DNA from: Mesotaenium endlicherianum
Lineage: Eukaryota
Direction of reading: 5' to 3'
DNA length: 58,117 bases
Assembly (NCBI GenBank): GCA_009602735.1
Contig: WELA01002181.1
Coordinates: 1-58,117 of the forward strand
The number at the start of each line of letters is the position of its first letter. Position 1 is the stretch's first letter. The translations under genes were made by a program, and so were the position numbers. The notes under the pieces were generated by a model. It was not told the DNA's origin. It ran no database searches and saw nothing but the letters and a program-made list of their open reading frames with translations. This document shows positions 11,901 through 30,833 of the stretch, piece after piece.

Positions 11901-13939
11901 AAGTTCAACATCCAGTGGATTGAGCTCAACGGCGGGCATGCCGTGCACGAGAACCTCATCCGCGACGCCATCCACTGTGAGCTTGCCACTGTCCTTGCCA
12001 CTGCCCTTGCCAGTGCTGATGCGACATATTCCTGCCAGTTATCAATTGCCCTTCTTGTTTCTTTGCCTGGACTGCGTGCCCCGTCAAGCATGACTGTCGG
12101 ACGTTTTTTGCCGTACAAGCTCTGGTTTCTTCTGGCTCTTTTTCCCCACTGGCTGCCATTCCTGCTGGTGCTGCCTGTGTCCAGACGAGGTGCTGCGCGA
12201 TGGGGCAGTGAACAAACTCTGCTGCCTGTCAGTTTATGATATGCGAGTGAATGGCTGCTGTTGAAATTGGGAAACTCTTCTGACTCTGCACGCTATGCCC
12301 CTGTCTCCGCAGATCCCACATACAACGAGTCTCTGATCAAGTTCGACGACCTCTTTGAGACTGAGTGAGCCTTGTTGACCCTCCCCTCTACTATGCCTGC
12401 CCTCCTCTGTTGCCCATCACATGTGCCCGGGTGGGGGACCTGCCTCTGCAAGGTGTAAGTTTGCAGTCCATTCTGCCGCATGCCGTGCGTGGACTCTATT
12501 CTGGTCGCTCTTTCTGACAGATCTGTCTTGTCATGCGCACACCTTGCCTGGGGACAGGCCTGTGGTGTTTGACAACACCACCGGGAATCCGCTGGCACCC
12601 TCTGCAGGCTTCAGGCTGGTGCGCACGCTGGGCACCCGCCTGGAGGCGCTTAAGGTGTGTACCCTCCCCGCTCTGCACCTCATTGCCCTTCCCCCTTGCA
12701 CAGGATGTCTATCGCGGCTTGCTTGTCGCTGATCGCAGCAGCCCCCTTTGCTGTAAGGTTGTTCCAGACCCGCTTTGCTCTTCAGCCTTGGTACAACATA
12801 GTCCACGATTCTTGCATCACTGCGTTCACCTTGGCCCATTTGTGTCCCCACGGTCCCAAACGCCCCCCCCCTTTCTTCCCCCGCAAGCCACCCCTCCAGA
12901 ATAACTCCCTCACCCTCACCCCACTTGCCTTGGCCCGAGCAGCTGAAGGACGGCATGCGCGCGTACGCGTCCCGCATGGAGACCCAGCGCATGGTGGGCT
13001 ACGTGGGCGGCGCCCTCGAGTTCACCAAGGTGGAGGGCCTCACGCACGACATCCACCGCAACGAGCTCTACATGGCCAGCACCTCGCAGCGCAAGGCCAT
13101 GCTGGACGGCTCCTCCAGCGACTTGGGCGGCCCCAACGAGGTCCGCGTGCCCCACAACGAGCCAGGCGCCGTCTACAAGTGAGTCTGCTACCCCCGCATT
13201 GCTCACGGTCTGGTAACCCCTGGGAACCATGAGATGAATTTCTGAGAGTCCTCTGCCAGGAGTCCTGCCCTGTTGAAATGGTGATGTCGTTACACAGTCA
13301 GTAGTTTGATACATTGCGCGCGCGCCCTTGGCCTTTCCAGCCTGTTCCCTTATGTGATGGCATTTCTTCTCCCCCAATGTCCTCAAATTGTCTACGTGTA
13401 CTTCTCTCTGTGCCAGGTTCAAGCTGGGATACAACGCCGAGATCGGAAGCTACTACGTGCCTCTCAGCCTGGAGGCTGAGGTGGAGGCCTTTGGATACAA
13501 CGAGACCCTTGGGGAGGTGAACAACACCCCCCAGGACTCCATTGCATCGCCCGACAACGTGTCGTACATGAACAAGTACCGCACGCTGCTCATCAGCGAG
13601 GACTGCGACACCCAGCACCTCAACAACTACATGTGGGCCCATGACACAGTGTAAGCATTCCCCCCCAGCTCGCTTCCCTTCCGCCGCTTCTCCATTTCAG
13701 CACTTGTACGGTACATGAGAGGTACTTGCCTGGTTCTTTGCCCTGATTCTTTAGTTCGGAGCTGTGTTCATGGTGGCAGGACAAAGCAGAAGACCCGTAT
13801 CTTGGCTGCCCCTCTTGAGGCAGAGGTCACCAGCGGATATTACTTTCCCAACATTGGAAAGTTTTCATACATCACTGCCACCATTCAGCACGCACCCACC
13901 TACTCCCTGTTCGGAGCATGGACGTTCCCCAAGGAGTAA
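8943..13939 (+). CDS. PHOX: Secreted PhoX-family (DUF839) alkaline phosphatase, copy 2; 11 exons, 589 aa
   Basis: Exons 8943-9131, 9911-10122, 10414-10521, 10906-11061, 11308-11506, 11850-11976, 12313-12364, 12558-12654, 12943-13178, 13417-13650, 13780-13939 (1770 nt). Intron positions and phases are identical to copy 1. Signal peptide MAALRLGVFLLLALSVGVSC; motifs HNE, PCSGSLTPWTTHLASEE, MGRQNWE, GTDD, FTKVEG, SPDN, ISED, AEVTS, IQH. Confidence 0.9.
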
Positions 13940-15658
13940 GGGATGGCACTTTGATGTAGTTCATAGTTTCATAAGCGGGGATTCGGGGATTCATGTGATA
14001 TTTTTTGCCCCAGCTCATATCTGCATCATAGTGCACTGCGAGATGTTTTTGCTGATTTTAGGAGAGAAATTAGTCACTGCTGTTTTCCTGATTGACAGGA
14101 GACTTGGCTAGGAACCTGAGACTTTGATTCTTATCTGAAAATAAAAAGCAACCTCTAGTTGTCTTCACTTTATGAAAAATACATTTCTCACCCCAAGATC
14201 ATGAACCTTGTTCCATTCGCCACTCTCCCGCTCAATATGGCTACCATGAGGACATAATTAGTATGTGGTGCCTTGTAATGAACTACTGTACAAGTATGCA
14301 TATTTTGCTGCATACCCCTTCTATTCCGGCTTGCTAATCTGAAAAAGTGGCATAGACATTTTGGAACCGATTGCATCACTCGTTGGCATTATAATACTTA
14401 ATGCCGATGCAATGGAATTTTGTATATCCTAGAAGCAGTGCACAGTTCAGTGAAATCTGGCAATTCATGGCAGTATTATGCATATGATTTCAATTAATCT
14501 CAGGTATCAATTGTCACGTGACTGTTGTGACTGTCATACAAGTACCTGCTGTTTTTTATTCCCCCCATACCTCAAAAGAGGATTATAAGGGTCCTTGTAA
14601 GCCCTTTGTAAGGAGGAAATAAGCGAAGGTTCCAAATTAAAACTGTACCCTAATTAAAGTTGAAGGATAGGCAGCAGTCTTAGAAAATCCAAAATGACAA
14701 TGTACGTGTATCAATGTTTGCAACATATTATCATGACACTGTTTTTCAATCAGGGACACCCTTGAGAAACCTTAGATGGGGTGATGAGTTCCTACATGCG
14801 ACTTTACTCTCAAAAACAGGCACCAGATATGAGGTAATCATTATATCAGGGTTTAGAGCATAGTTAAAGAGTTGGGCGTTGATTCATTGGCCTCCATCGT
14901 TGCTTTGTTCAGGATCTGCTTTTGCAAGTGCTGCTTGGATAAAAACTTGCAAGAGTTGTGATTGGTCTATACATCATTGGCCATGCGGAAAAAAGAAGGC
15001 CTTCGTGATGAACTTTTTATTTGTGGTAAACTACTGACAATCATTGGGCAGATTCCTTTGGGTTTCCTGATAAATCGCTATTAAGTAGTACACTGCCGGT
15101 ATCCCCTAATAACACCAATTCTTTTGCAGATACTTCATCATGCAAAACTGCTCAACAAGCGTCACTACTGCCTTGAATGCTAAGCCAGAGCTAAGTGGTC
15201 GTACCCAAGCTACAGTGTTGTAAGCTAGTGTTTCTAATCAGAAACACGAGGTCCAGAGCACCAAAGAACCCATAAGTATAACACTCAGTTAAGGCATACA
15301 AAGATTTTTTTGCATAATATATGTTAGCAGCGGCATAAGACGGCGTGCAGGCTGCTTGCATTCACAAGTAACCCACATGACGATAAGCCTACACCATAAC
15401 AGCTTGAATGGCAAAGAGGGGCCGACTACGCTACTGAATTCCATAGCTTGATGTGCACTCGATGATGCGATTTTAATTAGTTACACATGAAGCTTACGGC
15501 CAGCGTACTCGCGCCCAGCAAGAATGTTGCACACGGTGCATCATCCTTAACAAGCTTACAATCACTTGCATGAACGGTTCATCGCTGGTCAGCGATTCCA
15601 AAAACTAAGCGATCCTTCTGGCACAAGACAACAGAAGGACTGAGGGGCGTCGTCGTCA

Positions 15659-20692
<5,034 letters not shown>

Positions 20693-21260
20693 TTACAGTC
20701 TCCCTGGTTACTTGCTGCACATAGTACAGGCAACATGTCGGTCAGACCTTAGTAATGAAATTAACCAGATCAAGAATAATGTCAGAAGCGAGTCTCTTAA
20801 TTACGGCCATCAACAGAGAAGCTACAGACATGAGCACCAGGGAATCAGTGGACAGCACGTATATGGCTCAGTATTGTTTTCGAGGACAACATTTGATAAA
20901 ATTTCGTAGAACTTATAACGACTGCTCACAGCATACCAGTGGATAGCAAGCTACACGTCTATCAATACGCTCAAATTGGACCACAATGCAGTCAATTGTC
21001 AGCAAGAACACGCTTCAAAGAGCTCTTTATGGTCCACACTATACAAGCACCTCAGAACAATGCATCGCCCTATTCCATAGAGCACTCGAAAGGATGCTAA
21101 AAGTTATATGGTCCTCTCACCCCGAGTGCCAGCAGACGCTCAAAGATCCGTGTGATGATGATCAAGGCTCGCCTCCAAAAATCTCGTGGAACTTTTGACC
21201 TCTCTTCGAAGTGCTGAACAGCTCGACTGCTATTCAATTTTGCAGATACTCTTTGGGAAG

Positions 21261-21310
21261 GGCTGGGAGTGGCTGGGAGGGACTGGGAGGCACTGGGAGG
21301 GACAGGAAGG
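21261..21310. repeat. 10-bp-period tandem array upstream of enolase
   Basis: GGCTGGGAGT GGCTGGGAGG GACTGGGAGG CACTGGGAGG GACAGGAAGG. Confidence 0.8.
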
Positions 21311-21457
21311 GAGCAGCGTTGCTGAGCGCTGCAGTGGAGTTAGGCTGCTCGTACGGCCTACGAAGTAGGCGCCTGCAATGGCTGCGGCATGCCGCCACAA
21401 TTCGCGAGGCTAAGGGGCATATTTTGCCAGGTCAACGTCTCTTCGCCGGTTCTCCTG

Positions 21458-21499
21458 CGAGGCATGCTCCGAGGTGGTCCGAGGTGCTCCGAGGCATGC
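21458..21499. repeat. CCGAGG-core tandem element; contains a 19-mer identical to 1759-1777
   Basis: CGAGGCATG CTCCGAGGTG GTCCGAGGTG CTCCGAGGCATGC. Confidence 0.75.
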
Positions 21500-24400
21500 C
21501 AATTGTGCCAAATATCACTAACAGCTGCTGTGTCCAGCTGTGTCAGTCAGTAAGAGATTCCTTCACCGACATTAAGATACAGGATGTCAACCACAGTCAA
21601 GCACGAAAAAACTTCATGGGACGTTGACGTATGTTGAATACAATGAGATATGGTACACCCGACCACACCCGACTTAAGAAAGTACATTTCTAAAACATCC
21701 AGTGGAGAGCCGCCTGGAGTAGACATTAACAGTTAAAAAACCCTATTAGCTAAGCGTGAGAATGGACATTCGAATGATGTCATTAACCGCCATACTTTGA
21801 CAGCCTCAGGCATGAGCAAAGACAAAGAAACTTGGGCACGTGAGGTCCGAAGTGTACAAGTTTGTCAAAAGGTTAGGATTATGCCAGAAACGTCGAGCAC
21901 TAACCAATGCTTCGTAAGTGTGGGTTGACTACTCACGCAATATGCTTGATGGGAGACGGTGGAAAGTACCAATTAGGATTTGAGAAGTCAATCACTTGCT
22001 AAGACTGAGTAAGAGGCTCAAAGTAACAAATTTATTAAAAGTAATTGGTATGGCTTTTCTAATAATCGGTGTAACAGAAGTAGGAGTATGTTCGTGGCAC
22101 CTAAAGCAAAAGGTAGGTTAGCTCACTTTTGTGAAATTTCTTTCACATAGATAGGTGAATCAAAGTCTTCAATATTTTTTGGCTAATATAAAATTGAACT
22201 ACAACGTCGACGACCAGCTTGAATGTGTGTCCTATGGTTATTTGGTCGACAAACTCATAATTCTAGAAGCTACTACTCAGCAACCATTTCTTTAATGAAT
22301 TTTAAATTCTTACGCATACGATTCTCACAGACCCTTTCTTTTTTAGAATCTAGTGGCATTGCAATTTAAGTAAAAAAAATCACACAATATTTTAAAATTA
22401 AAAAACAATGATGATACCTCCTAGAACATGAGCACGACTTACAACAATAGTGTACTTGTTGGTCATATACTAGACCAATAACTTTGCTCATATTTTTTAT
22501 TAGCAACTATGTTTTTTAGAAATGATCGTAAAGATACACCAAAAGTTTGCGATAGAAACATAAATCAGACCTATTAAAATGTATTCTGATAGTACATTAC
22601 CGACTATTTTGCTATATTGTAAATTGTATAGCATCTTACACACATGTGATACGTATCTAGAATCACTTTCAAGTCTTGCTCTACGACGATCTAATGACAT
22701 TAAATCGTTCTTCATTGCTATATTATGATTAAATATTGAGCTTGTTATATGATTTCGTCATCCTTGTTTTCATCTATTTCAACGAAAAGTTATGGACTTT
22801 CTTAAAGGACATACAGTTTTATTGGGTGCGCACCCTCAATTCTTCTATGTGTCATATCTTCTTACATAATGTGTTAAAAGGATTCATAGTAATTTGTAAC
22901 TCTAGCTATCACTTCTAGAAGTTTCGCGTTTCAATTTCCACTATTTGAGTAACAACTATTTGAATGCGCCATGTGTCAATCTTGCAAAGAATATAAAGAA
23001 CATCTCGTAATAACCTCATCACGATTTCGCCGAAATGCGTCGACGAGTATCATTTACTAATTGAGGCATATATTTTGAGATGGTGAGATTTAGCCTAAAC
23101 ATTCAATTTTATGTGAAGATAACAATCTTAATGTTTCCAAAATCTGCAATTTTTTGAAAATCAGATACTAAATGATCATATATATATGTATATATGGGAG
23201 AAGTAGATTCATAGTTCATATTAGAACGTCACAAATGATGGAAGTCAATTCCTCTGCGAGCATTACACGCAGACAAGCAACCTCAAAAAGAAATTGGCTA
23301 AAGACGACATGTAATTTGGTTTGTCAAAGCCTATTAACAACTCTTGCGCCGTCGACAAGTTTATATTTTGTTTTTGCACACCTTGAAAATTTTGCAGTCC
23401 AAAGTATATTGATCGGCCCCACAAAATAGAAATCCATCACAAAATGCCTATGAAAAACACATCCCATTTGGAATTACCGTTACACAGCTTAGATGGATCC
23501 ACTTTGAAAGCCACCCATATTGAAACTGGAGCACTTCCCATACCAATTTCAATGGACCAATCCGGCCCGTTTTGAAGTTTGTGTATAGTTTAAGGATGTT
23601 GGCTTGTAGTATGCAAGGTCACTTGTATCCCTTGCAAAGTTCTTTGACTCACTAAGCGTGCCTCATGCCCCCTTACAATTACCTCCATCTCTTCATTCTC
23701 CCTCAACCAAATTTTTAGCCTTGCTCACTCGTCTCCTCCCACATCTTTAAGCATAGGGATCGTTGTTTCATGCCTGAGATTGTTAAACATGTGTACATTC
23801 TGTGATGAAGTGCTTCAAAGTCATTCACAGTAAGCTTATTGTGTGCTTTGGTCTGTCCGTATTAGTGGTGTATTCGCACACTTCTAATCACACGCTCGGA
23901 CGTGCCTCACTCGCTTAAAAATCATTATCCATTCTTAAGCAGTCACAAGTACCGTAAGAATTCTGACGGTTCCCGTTTTCCTTCCGACCGTTCGCAAAGG
24001 TACAAATTTCAGAATGAACCGGAGTGCTTACGAGTCAAACGATTTAGTAGGTAGGAGAGGGAGGGGTGTGGCGTTTTACTGACAGGAACCGATGGACTGT
24101 GACAGAGTGGTCACATGCATGTATACAATTCACATACTTCCTCAAGCCAGGGTAAGATTAGGTAGGTACACAAAAAAGTTCACCGAATGCAACCGAATGT
24201 GACCTGGCACTTCTTCTGGAGCCTCAAGTCTCACGCACTGTTGGCTTGCCCTGGCTTGGCCCAGCGGGCCAGGGTCATGCATCGCCGGGAGAGGCATCCA
24301 CGGAAGGGAAGGTACGACCCCTAGGAACCAGAAACCAGTGCCAGTCCTACGGAACCGCCTCAAGCACGAGCATGCACACACTCCTGCAGCATCTCAGGGG

Positions 24401-24693
24401 TCCTCGTTCGTCACCATTTGGAACGACTCCAGAAACCGGATCATAGCATAAGACTGGCAATCAGCCATTCATTTCTTATCATACAGCAATCAGGTCATAC
24501 CCAGCGTCTGGATTTGCTCCCGCTCGACTGCCACCAGCGTACGTTCCGCGCATAATAGTTCTTAAGCTGGGCATTCTTCGAGTGTGGAGCAGGACGCCTT
24601 AATTATACGGGTTTCAGGTCAAATTTTGTCTTCGCTTCGCTTGCACATTATTCGACTACCTCGTAACCCTCAGCTCTAGTAGGCCAGGCACCC

Positions 24694-27600
24694 ATGGCAA
24701 CTTCCAGCCTCCACCTCCTTTCTGACTTCCAGTTCGTGCACAAAGTGTGCTCTCTGAACTCAGCACGTAAGGTTGCCCAGAGGGTTCAGACGCCTGGTTT
24801 CTACAGAGTTAAATGTCAGGCATCAGGCTCAAGTGCTCAAGGCCCCACCAATGGAAGCGCTGCTAGAGGTGAGTGGCGTGGACTGGAGGCAGGCTGTCTT
24901 ATATAATATTTTGAATGCAATGTAAGGGTATCTAAAAGCTGGTGGAACGCATATCTGCCCTGGCCCCCCTTTTGCGTTGGCATCTAATTGTCTAGTGTTT
25001 CTTTCAGACTCGATGTGAAGGTAGTGTTTGCTTCCAATTTGGGATGAAATTGTCCTGGTAGGTTTACTTGGTGTTCATAGTAGACGGCTTTCGTACATCA
25101 TTCTGACTTCACATAAATCTGTGATAGTATTGGCAAACAAGATCTTGAATGCCCTGACGAGTGCCCTGTTTGCACTTCTCTGTAGTAATTCTGATGAATG
25201 TGTACAGAGGTATGGGTCCTCCATGCCCCTGACATTCTTACATTGGTCTACCTAGTTTTGTGTCTGGATTCTAGTTTCAACATATGAGCCCACAAAGTAG
25301 CTGATTTTTCATATTTTCCCTAGCATGGAGTGTTCGTTCTGGTGGCCCCTCTTTGCATTCCACTACTTTTAAGCAGTCCCAACTGTTCAATATATGTCTT
25401 GCAGCATTATAATAGCTGTTGTCCTGTTTTGCTCTAATGTCTTCCCAGTTCCTCTTGGCAGCTCTCCTTTTACATGGCACTATCTAGAGTTCCGCTCTTT
25501 GATACCAATTCAATTAATCTTGTATATACAACTTGTCTGTTGGCTGCAGCTCTGAGGCTGTCAAAGGCCGTAAGCACCAACGAGTTTGGGTCCCCAGCTC
25601 CTGTGGCAAGCCCACCCTCCACTGCCATTCAGGCTACTGAAACGAAGGATGATGTGGCCCTCACACAGCCCGCAGTCGGTGTTCTGGGAGCTGCACTCCT
25701 GGCCGCCTCTGCCTACAATGTGTTCTCCACATCCAGCCCATACATGGAGGGTCGCATGCCTCGCAACAAGAAGGTGCTCGTCCTTCCTCTGGCCCTTTGC
25801 TTCCCCACCTCTTCTTTTTCAACCTCGTGCCTTTTCCCCACCTTTTTTAAGATTGTCTACCTTCCCAGTGAGGAAATTGGGCATTGGTACCCTCGTTGGC
25901 CGTTGTGGGCCCTCTGAGGATACTTGGGGTTGGAATAAGGCATTTGTTGGGAGAACCGTGCTTCTAACCCTGCATTGTAACTGTTTGCTTGTTTGTCACA
26001 AGAGTGCAGGAAGGGCACTGTTAGCTGGAGGTTTTCTGATAGTGTTGTGCAAGTCTACCTATCCCGTGGCAGTCTTTCATTTTTGCATGAGGGTACCAAT
26101 GATTTAACAATAACTGTTTGTTGCTGGCCTTGCAGGCGTCCCGATTGGCTTTGAACTCCATCAAGCACCACTTCCCCAAGGCCATGGAGGCTGAGGGCTT
26201 TATCATCGCCTGTGCTGTCAGACTCTTCCACGTTGGCTTCCAGAGGTTTGTCCTCTTCCTCTATCCTTTGTGAATGCTGGAGTTTATTTAGTGCCTGCTG
26301 CAATGTGCCAAGTCTCTGCTCACTGTGTGTAATTAGAACTTCGCATGTCCAGCCTGGCAAGGTCTCCTTATAATATTTAGTCAATTTAAGGTTTAGAGCA
26401 GGATGACCATGACATAGGGAGGTCCAGCACATATGCTTCCTGTTTGTTGGATCTAGTGGCTAGATGACAGTGGCGTGTGTTGGGTTGTTGAGCCTGACAA
26501 TGTTGCTGTTATCAAATGTGTTCTGCAGGGACAATTGCATTGCGCTCGTCAACACCTGTCGTGACGAGGTCTGCCGTCTCCTGGTGACCCTGATCGACCG
26601 CGAGTTTGGCATGTCCTTCAACATGTCTGGCCTGGGAGGTCTCCTCAACTGCGGTACCACTGGCCTGCAGGCCGGCATGTCTCACAGCCCTGTGTTCAAG
26701 TGTGACACCACTGGCGGGCCTCGCGAGCGCTGTAAGTAATCAAGTTGCCTGCATTTGCCCTCCCTGGTCCCTCGGCCCCCACTCCCTCCAGCATGACCTA
26801 GTCTGAAGGTGGTTGCATGATTATCTGCTCCATTGTATGACTATCTGCTCCCAACATGCCAGCTTCCTCTCGCTGCTATGGGTATCACACTTGCAGAGCA
26901 CGGTAATGCTTAACATGTATGGCTGCTCCCCTTTTTGACACTGCCCCGTAATTGCTCTCATGTTTCTTTGTGAGCAGACGTCTTCTTTGCATTCCCTCAC
27001 CTGTCCATCGGTGAGAACGGAGAGGTGGGCTCCATTCTCCGTAGAGGCAGGGGTAAGCCATCGAGCGCATGCGGTGCTCTCATTGCCATTCGCAACGACC
27101 TCAACAACAAGGTGCCCGACGCTGAGGACTCCGACAACCTGGAGTACACCACCCTGAGGCACAAGGTCATCAAGAAGGTGAGCCAGTGGGTGGGCGAGAC
27201 TGGCTCTAGCATTGTTGGATTTTGTTTGTGCGTAGTGCGGATCATGCCTCTGCTAAAGCTGTTGTATCTTGAAATTTGTCGTTCTTGTTTTGGCATTGTG
27301 TCGTGTCTTATCTACTGTGGTTCAGCTTCTGCTGGGTGATGTGATTTGGCCCTGACCCGTGATAAGTTTGCCACATGCAGGCAACTGGAGTTGACGGGCC
27401 CTCGCTGGTAGATGTCACCAAGGCTGCTCTTGATGTGAGTTGAGCTGAAGAAGCCCCCATCCTTCACAGGACCCTCGTCCTTGTACCTGCACCTTCAGCC
27501 ATCTAGGCATCGTCCTTACCATTGTGATGCAGTGGCTTGTCTCTTCACTCTCTTAGTGGCTTCGGAGCACGAGCTCGAGGTAGTGTTGAACAAGTGCACA

Positions 27601-28414
27601 ATTGGATCTGCTTGCAAGTTGGCTGCTTCTCCTGCTGTGCCACTCACTTTGACCTGGTTTGGCTGCATGCGGTGTTTGCATGCGTGCCTGACTTTAAATG
27701 TCAACAGGTGATCACTGAGGACCTGGAGCGTCTGATCTCCAAGACTGTGGACCCAGAGAAGGCCGACTACGCCGTCATCACCGGCATTCAGATCCACTCT
27801 TCCTCACTCGTGAGTTTTCTCCGGATACAAGTCCCTGTTCCCTCTCAGTACTACTCTACTCACCTGCTTACTCGGGTCCTAGAGTCTGTCTGTGCTGGAA
27901 GCACTTAGCGTAGGGAGGCCCATTGAGTTGACATGTTCAGAAATAAATGAAACCAATGGTGGGGCGTCAATGAAACTGAAGGACATGAAAATGTGGGAGT
28001 ATTTTTGGCCAGTTCTTACCCAAGGGGCCTAGCATTATGATACACTTCTGTGGGGTTGAACTGAGCTTGCTTTATCGGGCAAGCTTTACTTGGGGGTATC
28101 AAACAACTAATGACCCTTTTATGCCCCGGACAGAAAATCTTGTGGTCAAGTTTTTTTACAGGTCTTACAACAGCACACTACCTGAATACTAAGTTTCACC
28201 ACATGTTTTTATTTCATTGGTATGGGACCACACTGTGAGTAGTGCTGACGGAGGTGCCTGTCGACCATGCACGTGCCTGCAGGAGCCCGGCGAGCCCTTC
28301 AACATTGACAGGATTGTTGACTACATTGCTCCCGGCAAGATGTATGCTGTCGTCCAGGGCGAGAGGCAAGAGATTTATCCTGACGTGAAGCAGGCTCTCG
28401 TCCAGTGGTGTTAG
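24694..28414 (+). CDS. LCIB: LCIB/LCIC-family (limiting-CO2-inducible, theta-type carbonic anhydrase-like) chloroplast protein; 8 exons, 399 aa
   Basis: Exons 24694-24868, 25550-25773, 26136-26245, 26529-26731, 26978-27177, 27381-27434, 27708-27809, 28283-28414 (1200 nt). Family motifs HFPKA, NCIALVNTCRDE, SFNMSGLGG, GLQAGMSHSP, RERYVFFAFPH, RGRGKPSSACGAL, EDLERLISKTVDPEKADYAVITGIQIH. The Cys/His/Cys Zn ligands are present. Transit peptide with a VKC-QA type cleavage site. Confidence 0.92.
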
Positions 28415-30833
28415 AGACACTTCTTGGCTCCACAGTGCCTTGTGCAGCTAGCTGCAGGATTGATGGAGGGTTGAGGTTATTTGTGAAGGATGTGTGCTTC
28501 CTTCGCAAAACGTAGACTTGAGGTATATATCGCACGCGCTGCTGATTGAAAGAATATGCTTGTTGTTAATGATGTCTGGAGCCATGGTCAGGTCCTGATG
28601 CATTTTAGCCTTGAGAGAGACCAGTTGAAGTATTGGTACCGACAGAGGTGGTGCTGCGGGTGTCAATTTGTGCAAGTAGGTTACTAGTAGCAGGTGGTAG
28701 GTCAGAGCTTGTTTGAATGTCAGTGTCTACACCTATAGGTGGACTAAATAGGGGTTCCCTCCCTTTCACCGGGGCAAGATGGAGATGTAAGATGTAGTTG
28801 TGGGCTACTCCACCTGGCATTGAAGTTTCTTCATGTTTAGGGCATGTACCTTTGGATTTTATTAAGTGGAAGGCAACGTTTGTATTGTAGACACTATTGG
28901 GTGGGACTCTCCTGGTGAAAGTTGCAGAATTGCTGGTCACTGTTGTGATGCAAATGGATGGATGCAATTGGATTGCCATCTCTATTACATGCAGTTGCCC
29001 AATGTGCTGTGAGGCCTTGTTGCTGAGACCAACTTGCACTTACTCATAGATATTACCTTTTCAAGGGAGAAGGTGCTCGGCATGGTGGGTGTGTGTGAGA
29101 CTAGCTGCATGAAGGTGGTATTATTCCTTCTGACATGACCCTGCTGGCACTGCAGTGTTTGGGAACTGGGCTTGCACCAGTCTGAAGTGAATCTGCAGCA
29201 ATGCATGTTTGTTGGGGGGGCTGGACTTGGGTCTACGAGTTTGTGAGGCCAACGATTTGAGCTGTTTCTTGCTGGTAATAACCTGTTCCATTATCGTAGG
29301 AGATATTCTTGACGGTGTGCTTTACTGCCGGTCTCGATGAGCACAGAGATGTAGGCATGTTACAGTTCCCATGTGTTCTGAACTTGCTACTGCACATATG
29401 GGCCTTCACTGCAACCCATCATGCTTGCACGTGAAATATATATCAGTTGCACATTGACAAATGGCAGCATAGGTAAGCTGTCTGTGATGCAGCAATTGTG
29501 GACACTGTACACCTTCCTTGGGCTATCTGTGCCTTAAATATAGTCAGCAGTAGGAGTGCTTGCAGATGCACTGGTTGCCCTTCTAAGACGAACGACTATG
29601 GAAAGCTTCTCAACCCTGACCTGAATAATTTTGAACCCACCAATTCACCATCGCCTGCGTGCCTTTTGACAGTCCTACACTTCAGACATAATAAGGCAGA
29701 GGGGACCGGGGCTAATAAGCTCAGATAGCTTAAGAGCCAGTTTGCAACTTAAGATGTAGCAGCTTGGGCAACAAGACAGCAGGGGAAGAATTGCAGAGTA
29801 AGAGGTGGGGTCTGGGGCTGGGAAGGTGGACTAGATAATTCAGTGAACTTGTCATGTATTAGTGGAATAACAGATGGCCTTGAAACACGTCAATGCACGC
29901 TTCAGGAGGTGTTCAATGTTGAAAATCATAGTTGGATGAATCATCACATGGGCTTTTCAGTTGTCCTCTCTTTGTAGATTATGTACACTCGCAGGACTGA
30001 ATTACACACGGAGAGGTTTGAAGCTCTCACAACTGGTTGCCAAGTAGTTGTTAAAAAGGTAGGTAAGACAAAATGGAGGGCGTGGGCCATCACACTTCTG
30101 TTATTTTATACACGTGTTCGAGCAGCTCCATGCACCAGTTACTCATGCAGCAAACCTTGTGTTGCTTAGCCCCCGCGTTTATAAAGATGTCCCAATAAAG
30201 CAGAGAGCACGTAGTTTATCATCTACAGAGATTCATATAAAAATCTGAACACTGCTGAAAATTTCACATCTGCTTGAGTCTCATACAGGTCTAATTCCTG
30301 CAGTATGCATGCCCCAGTCTCAACCTTAAGGGCACACACTCTCAAAATGCCAGATAATGCTCACCATCCTGATCCGAAAGCGAGCCCGGTTTTGCAAGCG
30401 TGTGCCTAAATGTAGGCCATATGAACAAAGATTGACGGAAACCTACGATGAACACCTTTCAATTTCCTGGTACTTATGTACAAGCTTGCTCAGAAGCATA
30501 CAAAACTAGGTGGAAAATAGTCAGAGGCAATGGAGGTACTAAACGAGCACGTGTAGCAGCTACTTGAGACATTTTTTGCCCCAAATGCACGGCATCTCGT
30601 ACCACGCTAGAGCTGAATCTAGGGCCATCGAGCTTTTGGCAACCCAAAATGTTTTATCATATCTACGTTTACTCTTTCCATGTGGAAGCACTAGCCTTCA
30701 GGTGCCCGCATATGCATCGCACCATCTGTACAAGAGCCAGCTTGTCGGTCGAAACCCACCGCTGGAGGAACCCTGCGTGAGCGCGCCATGTGGCCGGCGC
30801 CACCTGCCGTGGTAGTTGCAGAGCGGTTGGAGC

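Noticed and set aside
15005..15070. C/D-box-like arrangement GTGATGA...CTGA with ATTCCTTTGGGTTTC resembling the antisense of a conserved SSU rRNA segment
   Set aside because: No terminal stem, the pairing needs G:U wobbles next to the predicted target, and I know of no matching methylation site. An Rfam/snoscan search would be needed.
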